A stretch of DNA of 64,000 nt from Hyaloraphidium curvatum SAG 235-1 (taxonomy: Eukaryota; Fungi; Monoblepharomycota). Under the pieces are notes generated by a model. It was given only the letters and a program-made list of their open reading frames with translations. It had not been told where the DNA came from and searched no databases. The position numbers and the translations under genes are program-made. Where the stretch lies: the NCBI GenBank assembly GCA_025558095.1, contig JAIVFI010000030.1:434001-498000 (forward strand), written 5' to 3'. Positions 1-12,070 of the stretch are shown here, piece after piece. How positions within the stretch are numbered: position 1 is the stretch's first letter; each line of letters starts with the position of its first letter.

Positions 1-1775
1 GCCGCCTGCTCTTCCAGCTCCCGGATCCGGGCCTGGTAGTTCCGGATCTGCTCCGCCGAAAACGAGACCGCGTCCGATTTGGCCCCCGGCCCCGCCGAAT
101 CCTTCTTCGCCAGCTCCGTTTCCAGCTCGGCCACGCGCGCCTTGTACCCGTCCGCGACCTCTTCCCACCGCTTGCCCTCCGCCATCCCGTCGGGGGCCTT
201 GCCCGACCCCGGCTTCATCTCGCCCAGCTCGATCTCGTAGCTCTCGCAGCGCGCCTTGTACAGGTCGATCTCCCGCGCCGCGAGTGCCTTGCCGCGCTCC
301 GCCCGCGCGGCACGCGATTCGAGCCTCGCAACGGCGGCCTCGAGCTCGCCGACCCTGTCCAGCGCCTTGCCGAGCTTGGCCGAGGCGTCGGCGAAATCGA
401 CCTCAAGCGCGGCATGCTTGGCCGCCAGCTCCCCCGCACGCTCGCGCTCGATAGCAAGGTCAAGCTGCGTCCTGTAGGCGCGCTTCGCCACAGCCGCGGG
501 AGTGGTGCTCCCCGCCGGCGTCCCGGGCTCTCCAGAAGGAAGGAAGGAAGCCCACTGGGTCCGTTCTGCCCTGGCGAGGGCGAGCTCGCGCTCGAGCTCC
601 TCGTTCCGCCGCTTCACGTCGGCGGTGCGGTCGAGGTCCTGCTGGAGGGCATCGCGTTCGGACTTGAGGATCTCGACGTTCTCGAGGCGGGCTTTGACGG
701 CGGCGTTCTCGACAGTCAGCTCCGAGACCTTGGTCTTGAGCGTGGCGATGTACGCCTGCTGCTCTGTTGTTGTCAAGCGAGTCAGGAGAGCCAAAGACGG
801 AGGCAGAACGTGTGGTCCAACCAGTGAGTTGCCGGGCGATGATGTCGGCATCCTCCGCCCTCGACGTCCGCATCCTCTCGTCCCTAAGCTCCTTCTCCAG
901 CCTCGCGATCCTATCGTGCAGCTCCGCCCCTTCCTGCGTCCTCGATTGTGCGAGCTCCCCGCTCCGTGCCGCCTGCTGCCCCAGCCCCGCGAGCTGCGCC
1001 TCCAGCCTGGCCTTGGTGGCGGACCACTCGGACTCCTTGCGGCGCGAATCGGCGGTCTGCGCCGAGAGCTTGGACTGCGCGTCCGACAGGCGGTCCTGTA
1101 GGGTGGTATTGTCCTGGCGGAGCTTGGAAACAGTTGCGTCGGTCGACTTTCGGAGGGCCTCGTGCGCGGTTCTGAGCTCTGCGAGCTGGGAGGTAAGCGC
1201 CTGGTTCGCGTTGTGGAGAAAGTCCCTGTCCTCGGTCAGTTTCTGCGGCAGGCAACGACTGTCAGCGGCCGCCGTGAGCAGGGCGGTAGAGCTCCCACCG
1301 CCACCCTGTCCTCTGCCTTCTGCAGCTCTGCCCGGTAGTGCTCTCCGTCCCTCGTCAGCCCTCCCAGCTCCGCCGCCAACCGCGCCTTGAGCTCCAGCGA
1401 CTCCCGCCGCGACTCGCGCAGGCGCCTCTCCAGCTCCTGCACCGCCTTGGTCTGCTCGGGCGCCGAGAGCGCCGGAGCGCCGAAGTCCAGGTCGATCAAG
1501 GGGGCGTCCCGGGGCCCGGCGCGGGACGAGGAGGCCACGGCGCGGGAGGTACTAATGCCCAAGCCGACGGCGAGATCATTCTCGTCGTTGCCCGGGCCCG
1601 CGAGAACGGATAACGTGGCAAGGGGCCTCGGAGCGGCCGCCGAAGGCGTGGAAACCGCAAAGGTTGGCGGCAGCTGCGGGATCGAGCGGTCCGTCGGCAT
1701 GCGCGCTCCACGCTGCGCGGTAGACGGCGCGGAGGAGAGGAAAGGGTTCGGTCCCGTGCCGCGCGGGGTCGTCAT
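1..1775 (-). CDS. Long coiled-coil protein; multi-exon, runs off the window start
   Basis: ATG at 1775 (MTTPRG...). Heptad-rich E/L/K/R/A segments (ELERRLRESRRESLELKARL) continue in alternating frames, separated by short GT-AG introns near 1250-1290 and 760-825. No diagnostic domain seen. Confidence 0.6.
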
Positions 1776-2009
1776 GTCGGTCCGCTGGCTGCCGGGCGGT
1801 GGCGGGCGCCAAGAACGCGTTCACGCCGCCATTCTGGGCCGGTTCCGCACGTGGCCAAAAGCAACAAGACGAAAGGCGCCGAAACTGGAGGGAACGGAGG
1901 TAAAACGCGTCAGTCTCCTGCCTTCGAACGGCTGCCAACCGCCTCGCTCTGCAGCGAGCCCAAGCCCACAGCCGGCCCGAATCCCGCGCTTCCCAACAAA
2001 GTGCCCCCC

Positions 2010-2255
2010 CCGCCGTATGCTCAACAGCGGAGTGTCCCCGCGCTTTAAAGCCCGGTGCCCCAGTGCGCGGGGCGCGGGTTGTAAGACGCGGGTGCCGCTC
2101 TCGGAAGGACTTAAAGGCCGGCCGGCGAGTCCCGAGGGCGCCGGTGGCTAGTTATATCTTTCCTGGTCGTCCCAAACAGGGGATATGTGGGGAATAGGTA
2201 CCTTTGGGGCTGCGGTGTCCGCGAAGGCGGCGGCCTTCGTGGTCGACTTTTTTCA
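2010..2255 (+). ncRNA. Candidate structured non-coding RNA (unassigned)
   Basis: Hairpins at 2050-2079, 2116-2149 and 2154-2186 separated by A/T linkers. Long-range pairings tccccgcg/tgtgggga and caaagtgcc/ggtacctttg. G-U pairs favour the + strand. T6 runs follow at ~2248 and ~2274. Confidence 0.3.
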
Positions 2256-3336
2256 AAGGCAAAACTGATCTACTTTTTTGAGACCGCGCGCGCGTCTCGC
2301 GCGCCCTCGAAGACGACTCCCACAGACGCGTCCTCCCCTCCGTTCCATATCATTTTGCGAGTCTGGTCTTTGACGATGTCCGAGCGCCGGAAGCTGCATC
2401 AGAACCACGCCGCCGAGCTCTTTGCCACTCTTGTGGACGACGAAGAGGGGGCGGTGGACCTGTTCGAGCAGAACCTGAAAGCTTCCGATGTGGTTGAGCC
2501 GCATGCATTTCACGTGAAGGTCTACGACCAGTTTCCAACGTCCTGGTGACCACTGTCCACGCCGGCTTTTGGGGTAACGCGAGGCTCACGATGCTGGCCA
2601 TGTGCACGCGGGGCCCCCGCAGGGCTCACATATGACAATGGACACGATGCAGGACCTCGAGCCGGACCTGCACTCTTCGCTGCCGCTGAACATCGACCGT
2701 GGGTCTGTCGGGTTCCGCAGTCCGCGTGCAACTACCGTGTGGACCAGTGCTGCTGTATCGAATGTCCTTTCGCCTCCTGAAGGGCAAACGCCGGGCGCTC
2801 AAGAAGGAGCTTACCTCGACTTTGACGCAGGGCTGCCTATCCTCGGTCTACACCCTGAGGGTCAGGATCATGGACACAATAGGTAAATGTTCCACGTGCT
2901 GTGTTTCAAGAAGATTGCCTACAATGAATCGTTCCACTGGAGTCAGATCCCATCCTACGTCCGGGCTCGCTCTCCCCAAGCGGCTATGCACGTTTGCGCA
3001 GTGGGCTTTCCACCATGTCCCAAGGCTTCTTCGCGTGTGCCGTCGTTCGTTTGATTGGACACCACGTCGCCTCGGCGCGTTCGCAGGAAGTTCCGAACGA
3101 TGTCGCTTCCGGGCCGAACGGTCCCGTGGCTTTCTACCATCGCGCCGACCCATCAAATGGCACGATCGCGATCGCTGAGCATATTTGCTCGCCCGGTGCG
3201 GTGTCCGTCCGGCGCCGCGCCTCATCCTGAGCCTCGCCCCGACCTCACCGTCAACCCATCCCAATTTCCTGAAACATCCGGTCCGTCGCGCTGCCGGCCT
3301 CGATGCCTGCGGATCTCCGGGTCCCTTTCATACGAA

Positions 3337-4818
3337 TCAACCGACGGGGCAGAAGCTCTGCACTGTCGCCCTCGCCCCGGCTCCCCTCAGGATCCCAAAC
3401 AGCCCCACCGCGACCGTCACGATCGTCACGGCCGCGCCCCGCACGAAACCGAACGTCACGGGCACGCCGAACGCCGTCGCGAATTCCCGAGGTCCGGGCG
3501 CCGCGAACGCGTCCAGGACCGCGAGGTGCGATTGCGCCGCCGGCGGGGTCGGGAGGTTCCCCCGTGCGATTGAGAGGCGGATGTCCTGGGCTGCCCTTGC
3601 GTAGAGGCGGGCGTGGGCAGCGACGTGGGCGTTGCAGGATGCCCATGTCGTGGACATGTAGAGCGCGTCGACGGCGCGCCAGAGGAGAACGGCGAGGATC
3701 CAGGCGGGGGCGCAGCCGGCGCCGACGAGGGAGACAAAGAAGACGAAAACGTCGCAGAGAAAGACCACGGCGACGAGCTGGTTGTAGGCGAGGCTGGCGG
3801 CCACGCGGCTGCGCCACTTGGGCCCGAGCAGCTGGTGCAGGGCGACGTAGTCGGCCACTGCCGGCAGTGCCGTCGTACCCTCGCTGCCGAGCAAGGAAGA
3901 CGGCGGCACGCAGGCATCGATGACGCCGACGAGCGACAGCCTGATGGCCCTGACTTCGAGCCTGCCGTCGAGCCCGACGAGCGCCACGTCCGTCACCTGG
4001 TCCTCCAAGTACATCGAAAAGAGAATCACAGTCTGAGAAATTGCGACGTAGGCCATCAGGACCGCCCGCCAGGCCACCGTCCAGGTCTCGGTGGCTAGGA
4101 ACACGGCCGGCGTCCAGTAGATGAAGACGAAGTAGGTGAGGTTTCCAGCGAGCATCTGCACGACGTACCGCGTGCCACGCAGTGCTGCAGACGCGCGGGC
4201 GGCGTTGCCCCCGCACCCTGGCAGCGGACACGGGCACAGCGGGTCGCCGTCCTCGTGCCGCAGCAGCGCCGGCGGGTTGACCGCGGCACGATCGCACAGC
4301 TCCAGCCAGCGCACGAGACCGGCAAACACGCTGCCGTCCTCTGTCGGCGGGTTTTTCCACGCGGGGACGCCCTGCAGCATCAAGCCAACGTTGTACGCGG
4401 AGGTATTGAAGAGCATCACCGCGAGACCAACGGCCAGGCCGCGGACGTCAAAGAAGCCCGAGGCCAGCGCGGGCCAGTACGACGTGATGATGAGCGCGGC
4501 GGTGGGGGCGAAATACAGGAGCGTGCGGGTGACGGGCATCCGGTTGAGCCTCGGCAGCGCGGAACCGGCGGCCAGCAACCGGAGAACGCGGGACGGCAGC
4601 GCAGCCTTGACCCGCGGCAGTGTCAGAGGGTCCGCGGCGCGCGCAGAAGCGGCGGGGTCGGATTCGCAGGGGACGCGGCCGGCGAGCTCGGGCGAGAGCG
4701 GCGGCAGCAGCGCGTACGGCGCGGGTACGAGAACGAGGAGCGCAGCGTCGTCGAGAAAGGAAGGGACGGCTTCCGTGCCTCCGGACCCCGCGTCCGTCGC
4801 CATTTTCGCCAGCTCCAT
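3337..4818 (-). CDS. 7-TM membrane protein, putative 7TMIC (OR/GR-like) family, paralogue 1
   Basis: Intronless 493-aa ORF with ~7 hydrophobic segments. Family motifs LLRHEDGDPLCPCPLPGCGG, WASCN and FATAFGVPVTFGFVRGAAVTIVTVAVGLFGILR, plus a terminal QSFCP. Confidence 0.75.
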   Translation of the reverse strand: MELAKMATDAGSGGTEAVPSFLDDAALLVLVPAPYALLPPLSPELAGRVPCESDPAASARAADPLTLPRVKAALPSRVLRLLAAGSALPRLNRMPVTRTLLYFAPTAALIITSYWPALASGFFDVRGLAVGLAVMLFNTSAYNVGLMLQGVPAWKNPPTEDGSVFAGLVRWLELCDRAAVNPPALLRHEDGDPLCPCPLPGCGGNAARASAALRGTRYVVQMLAGNLTYFVFIYWTPAVFLATETWTVAWRAVLMAYVAISQTVILFSMYLEDQVTDVALVGLDGRLEVRAIRLSLVGVIDACVPPSSLLGSEGTTALPAVADYVALHQLLGPKWRSRVAASLAYNQLVAVVFLCDVFVFFVSLVGAGCAPAWILAVLLWRAVDALYMSTTWASCNAHVAAHARLYARAAQDIRLSIARGNLPTPPAAQSHLAVLDAFAAPGPREFATAFGVPVTFGFVRGAAVTIVTVAVGLFGILRGAGARATVQSFCPVG

Positions 4819-5410
4819 TCAGGGTGTGGAGCCGCGGAAGGAGAGACCGTCCAGCAGCCGCGCCGCCGCAGCGAATCGTCCAAACGGCAAAGTCCTGACG
4901 ATGAAAGAGCGCGGCTTCAAGCGGCCCGATGGTTGGCCCGACGCGGCTCTTCGCGCGCTTCGTCCGTCTGCTCGAAGCCGTTCGGCCGCCGGCAAACAAT
5001 CAGCACTACTAGACATCCATTTGGAAAGAAGACATCCATTGGTCCGTGCGCGCGCGCGCCTGCGGCTTCCCACCCTAACCAATCCCGAATCCCCAGCACC
5101 CAAAACGTTGAGATGGACGCCATGGAAGCGGATCCGTCGCCTCTTGGCCTGCAAAGGTTTCGTCGGGTGCTGCACGAAGGCCGGAAGTGAGCGTGATCCC
5201 CTGGTGACAGCATGCGCATCTCCTACGGGGCTCAATTTCGAGATCCCCACCACCCAATCTGCTGTTCAGAAAGATGGAAAGCAGTCGCCCGGGTGTTTTG
5301 GCCTGGAAATGGTTCGTAGGGTGCTGTAACTGACAAGCGGCAGGTGAACCGGGTGTCACCGGGAGCGCCGCCTCAAATCAACGGTCCCGAATCCCCGTGC
5401 CGGTGCGGAC

Positions 5411-6145
5411 ATGTTGGGCTCCGTGGGGCCTCCTGCTGGGGCGCAGTCGAAAGCAGCGCGCCAGAAAAGGAAGCTGGACGGGCGGAAGGCTCACATTTCG
5501 GGGCTTAACCGCAAGTTTGTGGAGGAGAAGAGGGATGCTAGCCTCGCGGACACCGTCGCCACCTGGCGGTCTGAGCTTCACCACGACGGCTGTACCGTGG
5601 TGGACCTGGGTTTATCCTGGCGCCAAAGGGAGAAACTCAGCCCAACAGCGCTGGGCAGGGCTGCGCGCAGGGTGGCGAAGCTCGCGGGCGACCTGTTCCA
5701 GACGTCCCTGCGCGCCAAAGACGGCTCGCTCGCAACCGATTCGGGAGATGGCCGCCGGCTGTATGGTCCCTTGGTCACGTGCGAGACTAAGGATGCTGAG
5801 TTGGAGGTCAGGGGCTCCGCCGCTGCCCGCCGCCGTGGATCACCACGTGGACGAGCATGGCAAAAAGTGGAAGCCCTCGCTCCCGGATTACATTTCGAGC
5901 TTCCGTAAAGCGGCTCCCTACCTCAAGCAGCTCGCCATGGTGGCGGACGTTGCCACAGAGCTCTGTGGCCGTGCCTTCCCGGATCTCGTTCCTGCAGACC
6001 GCTCGGTTCTCGTTTCGCTCCCGCATTAATGCGACAATCAGGAGCCTCACCTCGACGGGGATACGTCCAAATCAGCTGAGGACAAGTACCGTGTTTGCCT
6101 GAAGGACTTTGAACTGCACGGCGCAGCATGCACGGAATCCTAGCT
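5411..6145 (+). pseudogene. Degenerate 2OG-Fe(II)/PhyH-like dioxygenase fragment
   Basis: LHHDGCTVVDL N-terminal motif and SVLVSLPH*CDNQEPHLDGD (S-L-P-x-C-x-x-Q-x-x-H-x-D). Frameshift or intron near 5810-5860, in-frame TAA at 6027-6029, and no distal His. Confidence 0.35.
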
Positions 6146-7047
6146 AAGCGGAAGGAACTAATCGTTGATATGTAGATTGACCTGGCACCGAGGCGGCGTG
6201 CCTGCTTTCTGGTCCCTCCTTCCTCACATGATGGAGCACATGTCCTGCCCCCTGTTCGCTTTCATGTGCATGGCGCACAGAGGCAACGGTCCCCTGACCA
6301 TCTCCCCGTCGCAGCGCTGCCCGTTGGGCCACCGCGCGTGGCACTTGTGGCAGCAGTTGCGCCGGTAGCACACGTGGTGCGCGTCGCGGTTGCACTTGGG
6401 GCCGGAACGGGTGCCAACGGGGAAATCACACTTGTTGGTCATGGGAGAGTGGGCTGCCGGGTCGCGGTGTCGCACCCGATTCCGCGTCGGGGACGGGGCG
6501 CCACCAGTGGCAGTCGTCAGTGCCGCGGTCGGAGCCTTTGCGTAAGGGGGGCTCACGGGTCGCGCGCTTTCGTGATTCGCCTGAGGCCGCTGTTCTGCGT
6601 TTCGTGTCTCGTAGCTGAGCAGCACCGAACTTTCGAATGGTTCCTTGGAAGGTGGAGTTGAGTCAAACGCGTTTGGCTTCGACTGGCTGAGCGAACTGTG
6701 GCCGCACCGGATGTCGAGCCTACGGACCACAAAGCGGATGTGAAACATTGCTAAAGAAGGTCGGAAGCCGCACGGAGAAGCAGGGAGACCCCGGACCGGT
6801 GGCCTGGTTGCAAGCCCGTACAATGCTGCGACGGCTCAGCTGCCTGGCACGTACACTTGCCTCTTCAAGCAAATCCGGCACATCCGAACACCGGACGGGG
6901 CAGACAGCACGATCACTTCCGCCCTGATATGCTACCGACATCCGCGACCACAGCAACACCCGCACGGACGGACCCCGCACAACCCCACGGACGCGTCCCG
7001 ATAAGAATCAAGCTCGACCCTTCTTCTTTCAACTGTACACTCCCGCC

Positions 7048-8141
7048 TCACGCCCTCTGCTCCCGCTCCCGGCCTTGCCGCGGCCCGCGGTCGTCCCGGC
7101 GCTGGAACTGCTGCTGCGGCGCGGCCTCCTCGACCTTGACGCCGGGGATGGAGCCCATGCCCATGGAGTTGAGGAGGGCCTGTGAATGGGATGGGGGTTA
7201 GTGTCCGTTGTGAAAAGGGGGAAAGGGTGGAAGGGCAACAAGGGGAACCAGCCGTGACGGAACGCACGTCCCGAGGCCGACGCCCGGTCCTCTCGGCACC
7301 GAAGGCCGAGGCGAGGCAACCAGAAGCGCCGACCGCGCAGCGGCACCCTGGCCAGTCCCAAAGGTCCCCGCGTCGGGTGGATCCCCGCCCCTGCACCCTG
7401 GCCCTCCACTCCGGTACCTCGCTCCTCGACGCTACCTACCTGGGTGTCCTTGTCGATCCCGATGACCTCCATCGCCAGCGCCGACACCTCGGGGACGTAG
7501 TTGTCCTTCCTCTCCCTCTCCTCCTCCTGCAGCTTGAACGAGATGCCGCGCACGGGCCCGCGCTGGATGCGCTTCATCAGGTGCGTGGTGAAGCCGGCGA
7601 TCTGGTTGCGCAGGCGCTTCGAGGGGATGATGGCCACCTCCGAGGCGATCCGCTTGTTGGTCTGGAAGTCGAGGGTGAGGCGGGGGTAGTATCTGGAAGG
7701 TGGGGTGCCGCGGAGGTAGGAGCGGGCGGGGCAGGCGGTCAGCGCGGTCCGGCCGCGCCACGGAAGGGGCAACCCACTTCTCAATGAGAACCCTCGACGC
7801 CTTCTTGATGGTCTTTGTGCGGACGCGACCCTGTTGGGAGGCCGCCGTTCAGCATCCAGTTCGTCGTCCGGTCCCTCTGCAGCCCCGTCCCCGTCCCGTC
7901 CCTCCATCGTCCAGTACCCCGGTCCTCCCGCACGGCATCGCCAGTCCTCCCATGATGAACGGTGCCCGCAAGGCGGCGGCCGGGCCGGGTGCAGCTGGCC
8001 GCAGACCAGGCCGGCCCGCACTCCTCCTCCCGATAACCCCCGCCCCTCCCGGCCCGCCCCGCACCCTCCCGGCCCCGCAGTGCCTTCCCTGCACTCTGCC
8101 CTCTTTCACCCGCGGGCCCTCCCGGCCGCGGAACGCACCAT
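7048..8141 (-). CDS. RPS17: 40S ribosomal protein S17 (eS17), 4 exons
   Basis: ATG-only exon 8139-8141 followed by a gtgcgt donor; exons 7778-7830, 7440-7692 and 7048-7179. Spliced product [33 protein letters not shown]...[25 protein letters not shown]. Confidence 0.97.
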
Positions 8142-8456
8142 TTTGGCGGCAGCGCTCGGTGGAGTTGGCGGTGTCGGACGGCGCAAACAATCGTAACCCC
8201 GCTCTAACCCACCCCCGCCGCCCAGCTGTCACCCGCGCCGCCAATCTCCGCGGCCCCACGCGAGCAGGGAGGCCGGCCGGCGGGAAGCGGCGCTGCACAC
8301 GCAATCAGCGGACTCGGCGCTCTCCCCGGGAGCCGTCTGCAGTCGTCTGCTCCCGGTGGTACCCCGTATCACTCGGTCCTGACTACCAGTCAGCGCGAGT
8401 CGGCCCTCCGGCAGCCGCCCATCCCCGGACCGCACCTCCCCTCCCTCCGACCCACG

Positions 8457-9633
8457 ATGATCTGCCAACTCGGCCCGCTCACCTCCAACTTCCTCCTCAC
8501 CTGGTCCCTCGTCTCGGCCATCGGCCTAGTCCTCCTGGTGGCCTTCGCCTCGCTGCTCTTCAAACAGTACTACTGGCGTCCCACCTACGACACATGGAGG
8601 GTCAAGACGAACCCCAAGTACCCGCCCGCCGAGATGGTCAGGAAGGAGGTGGTGCAGATGGTCAAGGGGCTCGCGTGCTCGACGTTCTGCCCCTCCTTGG
8701 CGCTGTACCTGCGGTCGCACGGCTACGGGCTGGGGTACTGCGGGGCACAATACGGGTGGCCAAGGCTGGCGCTTGAGTTCCTGGCCATCTGGGTCACCGT
8801 GGACCTCTACGAAATGCTCTACCACCGGGTGGGTCGTCGGACGCCGCCGCGGGACACTTTCCGGGCGGCTCAACCAGCGCGTGCTTGACCCACAGCTTGG
8901 GCACAAGACCAAGAAGGGCTGGGAAGTCCACAAAATGCACCACATCTTCCACAACCCCACCGTGTTCGCCGTCATCGCCGACGAGTACCTCGACCAGGTG
9001 CCTTGCCCGCCTTCCTTTCCCCCTCGCGCGCGCTGACACCTTCACTTCACTTCCCGCCCCTTCCCTTTCCCCCTCCACGCGCGCCGACTCGGTCCGTTCC
9101 CGCCGGGCAGTTCGTCCGCGCCCTCCCCCTCGTCCTCATCCCGCTCCTCGTCCCCGTCAACATCGACCTGCTCTTCATGGAGTTCACGTGCTTCTTCTAC
9201 GTCTACGGGCTGAACCTGCACCTGGGGCACGAGGTGGTGTTCGACCCGCATTCGAAGATCATCAACACCGGTGCGTTCCAAGGACGTTCCCGCGTCCTCC
9301 ATTCGTTGCTGACGAGCAAGTTATATAGGGTTTCACCACTGGCTACATCATGCCATTTCTACCTACGGAGACCGCACTTACCATACCGGCTTCTTCTTCC
9401 AGATCTGGGACAGGATGCTGGGTTCGGTCTACACCGGGGAATGCCTGTGCGCCGGCTGCTCCGAGGAGCGCGGCGAACGGACGCGGGAGCACTGGGAGAA
9501 GGTCGAGAAGCCGGACTATTCCAAGCTTTTGGATATGGGGTTCTGGGTGGAGGGGGTGAAGGCGGAGTGGAGGGGGGACGGGCTGGCGGCGGCGGTGGGG
9601 AAGGCGTCGGAGGTTGGCAAGGCGGACGAGTGA
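8457..9633 (+). CDS. Sterol desaturase / fatty-acid hydroxylase superfamily protein (ERG3/ERG25-like), multi-exon
   Basis: After splicing short introns, His boxes YHRLGH, HKMHH, LHLG and HWLHH appear with transmembrane segments. C-terminal YTGFFFQIWD. Stop at 9633. Confidence 0.85.
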
Positions 9634-9899
9634 TCCGGCTGCAGGGGGCTCGTTTGAGGTGGGAGGGGGTATGGTATGCACGGATGGTTGGCGGGCGGGG
9701 GACGAGGAGGAGTCGGTGAAGGTGTACCGGTCGAACGGACCCGGATCGCCGCTTTCGTCCACAACTGATGGTGCCCACGCCGCTCTCGATCGATTCCATA
9801 GTCGACCACGCTTCGCGAGGGATCGATCGTGCGAGGCAACAAGCGAGTTGTCGTTCACGAGCATGGCTGATCCGATCGAAGTTTGACTGACTGACTTTC

Positions 9900-9909
9900 C
9901 GAGGACAAC
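9900..9909 (+). repeat. Left copy of candidate target-site duplication CGAGGACAAC
   Basis: Identical 10-mer at 16874-16883; the match extends to 15/17 nt. Confidence 0.55.
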
Positions 9910-9931
9910 GACCTCGCCTTTGAGCCCAAGA

Positions 9932-12070
9932 ATGGACCCCCCTGACACAGGGCAGGGGCCCAATGATGCGGCCGCTCCCGTGGTCCTGCCTGATGGCAAG
10001 GTCTCCCCTGCGCTCGCCGCGGCCTCCTCGGAGGCGCTTGCGAATCCCGTCCACTCTTCCCACGCTCCCGGCGTCGCTGCCTCTCCTCGCCTCCCTGGCG
10101 CGGCAGAGGAGCCCGCGCCGGCCCCCGCTGGTGCTACGGCTCAGCTGACAGGTTCTAAGGAGGACGCTGCTGAATCGACCACTGAAATCCGCCCCGCGTC
10201 CGCCAACGGCGGCGCCCGGGAGGAGCCGGCTCCGCAGAATCGTCTCCCGAAAGCAACCGCCCCCGCCACGCGCCTGGGGTCTCGCTCTTTCGCCGCAGCA
10301 ACGTCGCGCACCTCGCCCGACCGCCCGATTGTTCGTGTCACGGACGGCGCGATGGCGGAGCATCTGGCTTCTGCCATGCCTTTCTCGGCGCCCACCAACT
10401 ACGCCAAGCTCATCGATCGGGTGCAACCGCACGCCAACGGTCGGGGCTACACGCCGGCCTTCATTGGGCCTGTCCCCCACTGCCTCATCGACCTCAACGG
10501 TGTGCCAAAGGACCGACGGCGCGTCGTCGCCGAAGCCGTGGCGAAGGCGACCTTCCCCACCACCGTCTTCACGACCGAGACGCGAGGCTACAACCCGCGT
10601 TACTCGCGACTGGACCTCTTCTGTGTTGTTGGTGCTGTCGACGGGGCAGACGCTATCAACGCCTTGGTGGAGCAGGGGGTGCTGGAGGTCAAGTTCCCAA
10701 ACGGCCCGACGCGTCGGCTGCGCATCCACCCTGTCTTCAAGGACACGCACGCCGAGCTCAAGATCGGGCCCATGATCGTCCCTGGTTCGGTGCACGAGTG
10801 CCCGGACTGGTGGGCCCGCCTCTACGCGACTTTCCAGAACCACTATGGGGCCCCTTGCCAAGTCATTGAAGCGGCTCCCATCTCGGGCACCGACAGCAAC
10901 GCCTTCTGGCGGGTCACTTTCGACGTCTCGCAGTGCGGGGTTGATGCCTTCTTTGACCGCGCAGCACGCATTGGCCCACCCTCGTACTGCTTCCTTGACT
11001 CGTGGGGGACACTCCTCCAGCACAAGCTCCTTCGCCCAGCTGTCCGCTATGACAGTAGCAACGGACAGTGCGGCCACTGCAAGCGCACGGGCGGCCACGT
11101 CGGTGACGATGCCACGTGCACCAACTGTGCTTACTGCCCAGACGGTCTCAACCGCATGAATCCCGGCGCCTTTGCCAGCCCGCAAGCACGCCGTGCGCAC
11201 GAGGCGGACTGCATTCACAACCCGGCCAACGTACGGCTCTCTCCCCCAACGGTGGAGCCCGCCACGACCCCGCGGCTGCCCCCCCTGAGGGAAGAGGTCG
11301 TTCCTCCGCATCTGGCTTCCCCCACCGCCCCTGCGGCCAACGAGTGGCTTACAGCTGGGCCGTCCGGCAAGCGCGCAGGCTCTGCGCCCCCAGCTCTTGC
11401 CCAGCCAGTGGCCAAGGCGTCCCACAACAGGTTTTCGGCACTCGGTGGTGGTGGTGCCGGTGCTTCGGTCGATTGGGGGGAGTCTGACGCCGCCGAAAAG
11501 ATGGATTTCCATGGTCTTCCCATTTTGGAGCCGGCTGACAAGGATGGGGACGAGGACATGGGTGGTGCCGACCAGCTGGCCGCTGAGAACGCCATCAGCA
11601 GTGCTGCACAGCAGGTTGCAGCCAATACCGCGCTGGAGGATCTGGAGCTTGCTGCTCCCGCAATGGAGGGCATGGAATCTGCGATGGAGGAGGATGCCAC
11701 CGGCTCTGAGGCCTCGGGTGGAAACGACGCCGCCTCCGAAGCCTCTGCTGAGGGCGATGGTTCGAACTCGGAGGCACCAAGCGAAGACATGCACACGGCC
11801 GATGAGGCCGCTGGGGCATCCGCGGTTGGTGATCCTACGATGGCCCCAGGCCCCAAGCACGCAGGCAAGGGCCGTCCCGTGGAGGATGTGGCAGGGACAA
11901 ACCCGGACAAGGTTGCCAAGCCGTATCAGCAAATCGACGTCAAATCCGCCAAAGCGGAACGGAAGGCCAAGGCGGCCGTTCGCAAGCTCGGCTCCCCCCA
12001 GGCCAAGGCCGCCTCCACGTCAACCGGATCCCTGCTGCCGGCTCCTGGCTCACCGTCCTTGAATGCCTAA
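9932..12070 (+). CDS. Retrotransposon ORF1 (gag-like nucleic-acid-binding protein)
   Basis: ATG at 9932. A central globular region, then CGHCKRTGGHVGDDATC (CCHC knuckle-like) and CAYC...HEADC, then an acidic low-complexity tail and a basic end. Confidence 0.75.
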   Translation: MDPPDTGQGPNDAAAPVVLPDGKVSPALAAASSEALANPVHSSHAPGVAASPRLPGAAEEPAPAPAGATAQLTGSKEDAAESTTEIRPASANGGAREEPAPQNRLPKATAPATRLGSRSFAAATSRTSPDRPIVRVTDGAMAEHLASAMPFSAPTNYAKLIDRVQPHANGRGYTPAFIGPVPHCLIDLNGVPKDRRRVVAEAVAKATFPTTVFTTETRGYNPRYSRLDLFCVVGAVDGADAINALVEQGVLEVKFPNGPTRRLRIHPVFKDTHAELKIGPMIVPGSVHECPDWWARLYATFQNHYGAPCQVIEAAPISGTDSNAFWRVTFDVSQCGVDAFFDRAARIGPPSYCFLDSWGTLLQHKLLRPAVRYDSSNGQCGHCKRTGGHVGDDATCTNCAYCPDGLNRMNPGAFASPQARRAHEADCIHNPANVRLSPPTVEPATTPRLPPLREEVVPPHLASPTAPAANEWLTAGPSGKRAGSAPPALAQPVAKASHNRFSALGGGGAGASVDWGESDAAEKMDFHGLPILEPADKDGDEDMGGADQLAAENAISSAAQQVAANTALEDLELAAPAMEGMESAMEEDATGSEASGGNDAASEASAEGDGSNSEAPSEDMHTADEAAGASAVGDPTMAPGPKHAGKGRPVEDVAGTNPDKVAKPYQQIDVKSAKAERKAKAAVRKLGSPQAKAASTSTGSLLPAPGSPSLNA

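Noticed and set aside
2377-2890. Coding-like fragments (MSERRKLHQNH...)
   Set aside because: Frames are broken and no domain is recognisable, so no call can be supported.
7831-8138. Possible intronic C/D snoRNA in RPS17 intron 1 (ATGATGA at ~7952)
   Set aside because: The C-box-like motif is on the non-transcribed strand and no matching D box or terminal stem was found.
9359-11932. 857-aa antisense ORF over retroelement ORF1 (also 13400-15529 and many other long shadow ORFs)
   Set aside because: Expected in high-GC coding DNA; no motifs, and the opposite strand carries the recognisable protein.
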